IMG/VR virus record: IMGVR_UViG_3300028805_000055
Span: 1 to 64,000 of that record
Origin: a virus
Lineage: Duplodnaviria; Caudoviricetes
DNA: 64,000 nucleotides
Reading direction: 5' to 3' (one strand)
Shown: in pieces, positions 58,386 through 64,000 of the stretch
Position numbering within the stretch: position 1 is the first letter of the stretch
Layout of the letters: each line of letters starts with the position of its first letter
Translations under genes and position numbers: made by a program
The notes under the pieces: generated by a model
Told to the model about the DNA's origin: nothing
Seen by the model: the letters and a program-made list of their open reading frames with translations, nothing else
Databases searched by the model: none

Positions 58386-58886
58386 TTAACGAATCACTAT
58401 GACTTTCTCAACAATCTGAATGTCCTCGTAGTAGTCGTCACAGGGGTCATTGATATACCACCTGTCGTTACTTTCTTCGATTTCAAAGTCCTCTTTCAAC
58501 TGCTTCTTGGTACGACCCATGTAGTGAGGGGACTCGTCCAAGATGGTATTCTTCTCATCCTGTAATACTTTCCTTGCTGCCTCTCTCGTGGTACAGGGTA
58601 CAGCATTGATAATGAGTTCACCGTCCACGTTGCTTTCCTGCTGTACTATATAAACTTTCTGGAGGCAGAAGGGATGCTGTATGACGTAATCACCCAACAG
58701 CAGTCTAACTACCTGTTCCCTGTCAGCCAGAGGAATAAGCGTGTGGTAGTCTCTCATCCAATCCATCAAGTCACCGTAGATGGTTTGTCTCTCGCTGTCA
58801 CTCTCCAGACTACTCTTATCCAATAGCTTTTCAACCAAATTTGGATGTTTGGTCAGAATCTCTTGATAAATCTCTGTTACTTCCAT
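58386..58886 (-). CDS. Hypothetical protein
   Basis: 166-aa ORF. Confidence 0.65.
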   Translation of the reverse strand: MEVTEIYQEILTKHPNLVEKLLDKSSLESDSERQTIYGDLMDWMRDYHTLIPLADREQVVRLLLGDYVIQHPFCLQKVYIVQQESNVDGELIINAVPCTTREAARKVLQDEKNTILDESPHYMGRTKKQLKEDFEIEESNDRWYINDPCDDYYEDIQIVEKVIVIR

Positions 58887-58955
58887 AATGTTATGCTGTT
58901 TAAATTGTGTATACGTGTTGTTAATATAGCTGGCTTGTACTTATTCAAGTCCAGA

Positions 58956-59201
58956 CTACTCTACGATGCTGATGATTTGCTCACCATAGCACCAATGGTT
59001 ATCATCCAGAGAGAAAGTGTATTCGACACCCTCTGCAAAGTTACCTGCTCTGTATTTGAACTCAACCTCATCAACAGGCTCACCATACTTCTCGCCACAC
59101 TCACATTCCTCGATGCCAATAACCTTAGCAGTCTTAGGAGTTCTGTCACCATGTAGGCGATACTTAACCTTTGTTCCAATTTTGATAATTTGCTTTGCCA
59201 T
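58956..59201 (-). CDS. Hypothetical early protein
   Basis: Promoter at 59231. Confidence 0.65.
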   Translation of the reverse strand: MAKQIIKIGTKVKYRLHGDRTPKTAKVIGIEECECGEKYGEPVDEVEFKYRAGNFAEGVEYTFSLDDNHWCYGEQIISIVE

Positions 59202-59212
59202 AATGTTTGATG

Positions 59213-59278
59213 TTTAATTGTTTGACGCTGCAAAATTAGACAAAAAAAGTGAGACCACCAAAGAATAGTCCCACTTTT
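59213..59278 (-). promoter_or_regulatory. Repeated early promoter/stem-loop cassette (representative of the minus-strand set)
   Basis: TTTGGT...TCTAATTTTGCAGCGTCAAACAATTAAA. Minus-strand -7 boxes at 13998, 49109, 51153, 52227, 53061, 54584, 55440, 56350, 57439, 58329, 59231, 60674, 61226, 62312 and 63059. Confidence 0.85.
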
Positions 59279-59308
59279 AACAAACATTAAGAATCTGGTT
59301 ACAGCCCC

Positions 59309-59647
59309 TTAGGAAGCGACCTGCGTCTGGTGGCTCATGTGGCAGGCAGCACACGCCATTTCTTCCTGCTCAGCGTCGTTGAGGCAGTCATACTCAAAGT
59401 TATAAGCCTTTAGGTTGGCTTTCAACTCATGGAGTGCTGTCTGGTAAGCCCGAACGTTTGAACGCCCTACAGCGAGGGTTGTAGACAGGTCTTTCACCAC
59501 GCCATCCTTTGACTTGTCACCCCACATTGGCGTAATCTGGTCACGCAGGGCTTTGTTTTTAGCCTCCTGTTCTTTGAGGCTCTTACGGAAGACATTGATT
59601 GAGCGTGCAACACGGCTCATGTTCTTTCTGCATTTCTCTTTGCTCAT
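59309..59647 (-). CDS. Hypothetical coiled-coil protein
   Basis: 112-aa ORF. Confidence 0.6.
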   Translation of the reverse strand: MSKEKCRKNMSRVARSINVFRKSLKEQEAKNKALRDQITPMWGDKSKDGVVKDLSTTLAVGRSNVRAYQTALHELKANLKAYNFEYDCLNDAEQEEMACAACHMSHQTQVAS

Positions 59648-59677
59648 AATTTTACACTTTTATATAGATTAATATTA

Positions 59678-59923
59678 TTATCTCCAAGGCACTAACTTGA
59701 ACCAGACAAACAGCACGTCGCTCGTGTCTCCAGACATAATGCCTTCTGGCTTATAGAGTCTGGCGTTGAATACTTCTGTATCAATTTCGTCGATAGCCCA
59801 ATTGCAACAGCCAACATTATCGTCCTCGAAGAACTCTTTTGCTTCACCGAAACACATCCCACCCAGACGCTTAACGTTGTATTTGTCTGGGTTTACGGAT
59901 GCGTGTAATATCTGTATCTTCAT
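59678..59923 (-). CDS. Hypothetical protein
   Basis: 81-aa ORF. Confidence 0.6.
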   Translation of the reverse strand: MKIQILHASVNPDKYNVKRLGGMCFGEAKEFFEDDNVGCCNWAIDEIDTEVFNARLYKPEGIMSGDTSDVLFVWFKLVPWR

Positions 59924-59966
59924 ACTCGTGATTATTTTATATAACCTCTTTGTACTTATTCAAGTC

Positions 59967-60650
59967 CTACCAGTTCTCAACAAACTTAATCTCTGCTGTG
60001 GTGTCCTTAACTCCCTGTGATGCAAAGTAAGCCTCTACAGCCTCTTTCAGTCCTGCTTCAAACTGCTTGGGGTCTTTGATGCGCTTCGACTTCGTGTAGG
60101 TGTAAATCTCAAACTTCTCATGGAAAGTGTAGTGGTCTGTGATATACTTCTCCAACTCGTCGTAATGCTCCTGTGATAGTTCTCCTGCCTCGTAGTGGAA
60201 ATTAGCATCATCAAGTCTATCTTCCAACAGGAGTTTCATGCGCTTGTCAGCCTTTTTATGCTCCTTTAGAATCTTCATTAAGGACTCGTAGCCATATCCC
60301 CACTGGCATTTGTGATTGGGTCTGTAAACGTATTTCTCACGTTCTGCATCAGTGAAATAGATTACCTCGCCAGACAGCATTTTGTCGATAGCCTCCTTTG
60401 CTGTCTCTATGCTCTTCGGAGTTGGATATACGCCACCATAAGCCTGTGCGGGTCTGTTCTCGTCGCCCTCCTTACAGAACTCGTAGTAAACCTCTCTTTT
60501 GGTCTCATATTGCTTTGTCATTTCATATCTCCTATTCCACTGGTTGAACCAATGATGAATAGCTAAGACACGAATAATTGAAAAGCCTTTGTAGGTCTCA
60601 CCTACCTTGCTTCTACTTCTTGTAATTCCATCTGATTTTCCCATAATCAT
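59967..60650 (-). CDS. Hypothetical early protein
   Basis: Promoter at 60674. Confidence 0.7.
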   Translation of the reverse strand: MIMGKSDGITRSRSKVGETYKGFSIIRVLAIHHWFNQWNRRYEMTKQYETKREVYYEFCKEGDENRPAQAYGGVYPTPKSIETAKEAIDKMLSGEVIYFTDAEREKYVYRPNHKCQWGYGYESLMKILKEHKKADKRMKLLLEDRLDDANFHYEAGELSQEHYDELEKYITDHYTFHEKFEIYTYTKSKRIKDPKQFEAGLKEAVEAYFASQGVKDTTAEIKFVENW

Positions 60651-60814
60651 TATTATTTAATTGTTTGACACTGCAAAATTAGATAAAAAAAGTGAGACTA
60701 CCAAATATTTTCAAGAAAACTTTTCATCTGATGGCAATTTTTAACCTTTATTTACACCTACGCCATCAATGTATTCTTAATTCTTTTTTGCACTTATTTA
60801 AGCCATAATCATTT

Positions 60815-61189
60815 TTACCATTCAATATAACTGGCTTTTTCAATTTCCTTATTGAAAAACTCTTTTTCTTCTTCTGTCGCCAAACGATACTCTCTGGTAT
60901 AACCCAAGCCAGTCATAGGATAAGGACGTTTATGTTTTTCAACTTCTCCATTTTCACGTCTGATATAAAACGCATCAGTCTCCAACGCTTCACCATTGAA
61001 GCCACAATATCGGCACATACAGCACCCCATGCGAAAAATACTAAGATGTTCGTCTTTCTTGACAATAATATCACCCTTTTTAAAACCATTGGTCAATTCA
61101 GCAAGGGTGTAAATAGTAACACTATCATCATCACAGATGGCAACCAAACCTGCTTCTTCCAACAACTCACTATTGTAAATCTCAACCAT
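60815..61189 (-). CDS. Hypothetical early protein
   Basis: RLATEEEKE motif; promoter at 61226. Confidence 0.65.
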   Translation of the reverse strand: MVEIYNSELLEEAGLVAICDDDSVTIYTLAELTNGFKKGDIIVKKDEHLSIFRMGCCMCRYCGFNGEALETDAFYIRRENGEVEKHKRPYPMTGLGYTREYRLATEEEKEFFNKEIEKASYIEW

Positions 61190-61281
61190 GTTATTCTATT
61201 TTTAATTTATTATTTGATGATAGTGCAAAATTAGACAAAAAAAGTGAGACTACCAAATAATAGCCTCACTTTTAACATATT

Positions 61282-62028
61282 TTACCATCCGTACACCTTT
61301 GCCACATAGGGGCGCAGGCTCTTTGTAACTTTCATAAACTGCTCCTTTGTCATGCCCTTGTAAGCGATGGCGTTGATAAGGTTTTCAGCCTGCTCACGGC
61401 TCTTTGCTACTCTATACAGGTAGTAATTAGTACCGTCATGGTGTGAAGCCCTACAATGGACGTTATAGCGGTCACAATACCAATCCAAATAGTCACATTC
61501 AGACCTCAGAATGTCTTTAACATTACTGCCGATGATACCACCGCCTTGATGCCTACCGTCCCAGAGACCAAGGTCAAGGAAAGCGACGATGCAGCCCTCT
61601 ACCTTAATATCCAGATTTCCCCTTTCATCGTCCAGATACATATCGCAATCTTCCATATAACGCTCGTAGCTGATTTCGATGCCATCTTCCTCTCTGGATG
61701 CTTCGTCTGGATAGTCCTCTTTCATACAGGCTTCCCATTCGTGGTAATTGTCGTTATTCCAGATAATTCTGTGATTAACGTCGATAAGGCTATCACTGGT
61801 GACAGACTTGGCGAAATTCATCTGGAAATAACCCTTTACTCTGCCCTCTGTGTTCTCTCTGTCAACAGCCAGAAACTCCTTGCTGTCAACCAATTTCAGA
61901 CTATACCTGTTGGGCGATACACTGGTATCACAGACAAACTGGTATAACTTACCCTTTAATCCCTTGCTGGTAGTGTAAATCTTGAGTAGTTTACTTCCCA
62001 GACGATAACGTGCTATTAACTTTGCCAT
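61282..62028 (-). CDS. Conserved phage hypothetical protein
   Basis: DLGLWDGR..G...SHHDGTNYYLYR. Confidence 0.7.
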   Translation of the reverse strand: MAKLIARYRLGSKLLKIYTTSKGLKGKLYQFVCDTSVSPNRYSLKLVDSKEFLAVDRENTEGRVKGYFQMNFAKSVTSDSLIDVNHRIIWNNDNYHEWEACMKEDYPDEASREEDGIEISYERYMEDCDMYLDDERGNLDIKVEGCIVAFLDLGLWDGRHQGGGIIGSNVKDILRSECDYLDWYCDRYNVHCRASHHDGTNYYLYRVAKSREQAENLINAIAYKGMTKEQFMKVTKSLRPYVAKVYGW

Positions 62029-62048
62029 AATCTTATTTATTAAATTGT

Positions 62049-62282
62049 TTATAAAAATACGTCCTTATCTCTCAATGCAAACGCAACATCACAGATGTTT
62101 CCCATTGTGACGTGTTTCTCTCCAAGTAAGCGGTTATCACTGCTATACTTATAGATGTGAACACTGGTAGTCCACTGGTCAAGTCCATTACGAAGAATGG
62201 ATGTAACACCTCTCCAATCAGCAATATCATTCTTATATTCTGGGTCAGCGTTTTGCTTACTGATAATCATGTTGTATCTCAT
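62049..62282 (-). CDS. Hypothetical early protein
   Basis: Promoter at 62312. Confidence 0.6.
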   Translation of the reverse strand: MRYNMIISKQNADPEYKNDIADWRGVTSILRNGLDQWTTSVHIYKYSSDNRLLGEKHVTMGNICDVAFALRDKDVFL

Positions 62283-62431
62283 AATCTTGTTGCTTTAATT
62301 GTTTGACACTGCAAAATTAGATAAAATTCCTGTAACTACCAAATATTTTAAGATTATTTAAGAAAAAAGTAAGGCTGGAGTGCCTAGTACACCCCAGCCC
62401 CGTCACAACTAAATATAAGATATGGAAAGAG

Positions 62432-62890
62432 TTAAATCACATCTAACTTGTCATAGTAGACATTGTTTCCCATCCAGTCCCCGCAGTGTCCGTTGGCTAC
62501 ATTCTCAATCATTTCGTTGAATTCTGCCAGAACCTCTGCATCTTCCTCATCACCAAGCCCTAACTGCTCTCCCAGAATCTCTGTCAGTTCTTGTTTCAAC
62601 TCTGGAGTGCCAAACTGGGACTTGCGCACCATGCATACTGACGTATGACCGCTACTCTCATCACAATCGAAGCACAGAATATACGACTTTGGGTACACGT
62701 CGAATACCTGTGTCTCATCGACTCTGTTTGCAGGAATCGGAGCAACAAACTCAATGCCGCTTTCTAGTTCATCCTGTGAAAACAGGTCGGCATCCTTAGC
62801 CATCTGGATAATCGACTCCTTTGTAGTAGGCTCACACTTAATGAATGTGCTGCCATTCTTTGTCCGTAACTCGTAAATTGTCTTTCCCAT
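62432..62890 (-). CDS. Hypothetical protein
   Basis: 152-aa ORF. Confidence 0.65.
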   Translation of the reverse strand: MGKTIYELRTKNGSTFIKCEPTTKESIIQMAKDADLFSQDELESGIEFVAPIPANRVDETQVFDVYPKSYILCFDCDESSGHTSVCMVRKSQFGTPELKQELTEILGEQLGLGDEEDAEVLAEFNEMIENVANGHCGDWMGNNVYYDKLDVI

Positions 62891-62920
62891 AACTTTAATT
62901 TTTAATTGTTGATTGATAAA

Positions 62921-63039
62921 TTGAAAGGGAGCGAGGATTCGAACCTCCTTTCCGCTTCAACAGGAGCTACCTGTGTCTTAGCAGGGTCTTTATGCGGGAT
63001 ACGCACGGATGCTTTTACCAACCCATCACTTTCTCCCCT
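62921..63039 (-). ncRNA. tRNA-like RNA with an expanded anticodon region
   Basis: Acceptor AGGGGAG/CTCCCTT, T arm GAGG-TTCGAAT-CCTC, D-like arm GATG-GGTTGGTAAAAG-CATC; no canonical anticodon loop; own promoter. Confidence 0.6.
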
Positions 63040-63104
63040 ATTGTTTTGTTTTACGCTGCAAAATTAGACAAAATATCTGAGATAACCAAATCCTTTAACA
63101 CCTT

Positions 63105-63479
63105 TTAAGAATATTGTTCAATGATGTCTCGGAATTTAAGAGGGTATGCACCCAGATTGATTTTGACAGCTGATACCATGCGGTCAAACTTGTTCTCTAC
63201 GAACTTAGCCAGAACGTTCTCCACAGAGTCCTTGAAATCCTGTCGTGGCAGTTCAATCATGGCGTTACGTTTGCCCTGTGTTGCTCGTATCTTAGCCACA
63301 AAGGACTTGTAACTCTCTGGGTCATTCATATCAAACTCACTGGAAAACTTGCCCAGCAGGATAATTTCTACCACTCTGGCGACACTGCAATTCTCGCCCA
63401 GATAGGCACGGCATAGTTGGAAATTCAGCAGGAAATCTGCCTTTTTCTTGTAGCCCTCGTAAATCTTAGCATTCTTCAT
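63105..63479 (-). CDS. Hypothetical protein
   Basis: 124-aa ORF. Confidence 0.6.
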   Translation of the reverse strand: MKNAKIYEGYKKKADFLLNFQLCRAYLGENCSVARVVEIILLGKFSSEFDMNDPESYKSFVAKIRATQGKRNAMIELPRQDFKDSVENVLAKFVENKFDRMVSAVKINLGAYPLKFRDIIEQYS

Positions 63480-63936
63480 ATTTCTTACTATTTAATTCTT
63501 CTTTCTCTGCATAGTGCGGATGCATTTTCTTGTCGTAGATGGCAGCATACTTTCTAACCTCATCAAGTTGTTTCTGAATCTCTGGCAGTCGTATGTTTTT
63601 CTCCCACCAAAGAGCGAACTCAACCATATCCAGAACTTTCTGTAAGTCCTTGGTGAACATATCATTTAACGCCACCTTGTCTACAAAGTTACCTGTCATT
63701 CTGTTGTAGTAGACTGGAAACTTCTGGATGGATGTACCATACTCCTGTTGTTCCTCATCCCACTTGTAGACCGCAAAGCAGGACACATATAAATACTTCT
63801 TTGTGACAGCAGAATAAGGTCTGTCTTGACCTATTTTAAGAACGTGCCCCTCTTTCTTAATGAACGCCTCGGAAAACGTAAACTTCTTGCCTCCGATGAT
63901 GTCCTGTAACTGCTTTAAAATCTCTTCCCTTTCCAT
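63466..63936 (-). CDS. Hypothetical protein
   Basis: 156-aa ORF. Confidence 0.65.
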   Translation of the reverse strand: MEREEILKQLQDIIGGKKFTFSEAFIKKEGHVLKIGQDRPYSAVTKKYLYVSCFAVYKWDEEQQEYGTSIQKFPVYYNRMTGNFVDKVALNDMFTKDLQKVLDMVEFALWWEKNIRLPEIQKQLDEVRKYAAIYDKKMHPHYAEKEELNSKKYEEC

Positions 63937-64000
63937 AATTATATAGCCTTATAAGATTTCAATCTTCACTTGCTCTGGCGTGATAGCCTTAAAGTTCTCA

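Noticed and set aside
62921-63039. Canonical tRNA or tmRNA call
   Set aside because: No 7-nt anticodon loop, no encoded CCA, and too short for tmRNA; kept only as tRNA-like.
1-64000. TAG-to-Gln recoding (code 15) as in Lak megaphages
   Set aside because: Genes are full-length under code 11, and TAG ends genes at natural boundaries (18263, 19373, 20449, 39215). Reading the TAG at 30782 as Gln hits TGA immediately and does not fix the frame.

Overview
This window is a 64-kb piece of a large (jumbo-type) dsDNA phage genome read in the standard genetic code. The host is almost certainly a Bacteroidales bacterium, probably Prevotella-like, because at least 26 TTTG...TAnnTTTG promoters are present. 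Left part: N-terminus of the large terminase, acidic putative head proteins, a multi-domain ART/nucleotidyltransferase protein, thyA, MazG-like, KTSC and a ClpC-like chaperone. Middle (+ strand): SLT-like muramidase, Thg1, nucleotidyltransferase, UvrD-like helicase, thioredoxin, dNMP kinase, two metallophosphoesterases, AAA ATPase, RNA ligase and three free-standing homing-type endonucleases. Oppositely oriented genes behind a TATTTATA putative late promoter are scattered among these. Two early-gene arrays converge on a 46-52 kb region with a G-quadruplex-like tract, three copies of a 68-bp symmetric element and a GCTGG array. The right arm is a minus-strand array of small early genes, a sigma-70-like factor and a tRNA-like RNA. 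The top finding is a candidate programmed ribosomal bypass (hairpin-ACC-TAG-TG-ACC, 8-nt hop) inside the catalytic DxH motif of a phosphoesterase, immediately downstream of a LAGLIDADG endonuclease. This parallels the T4 mobA/gene 60 cassette. All product calls come from motif recognition by eye; no database searches were run.
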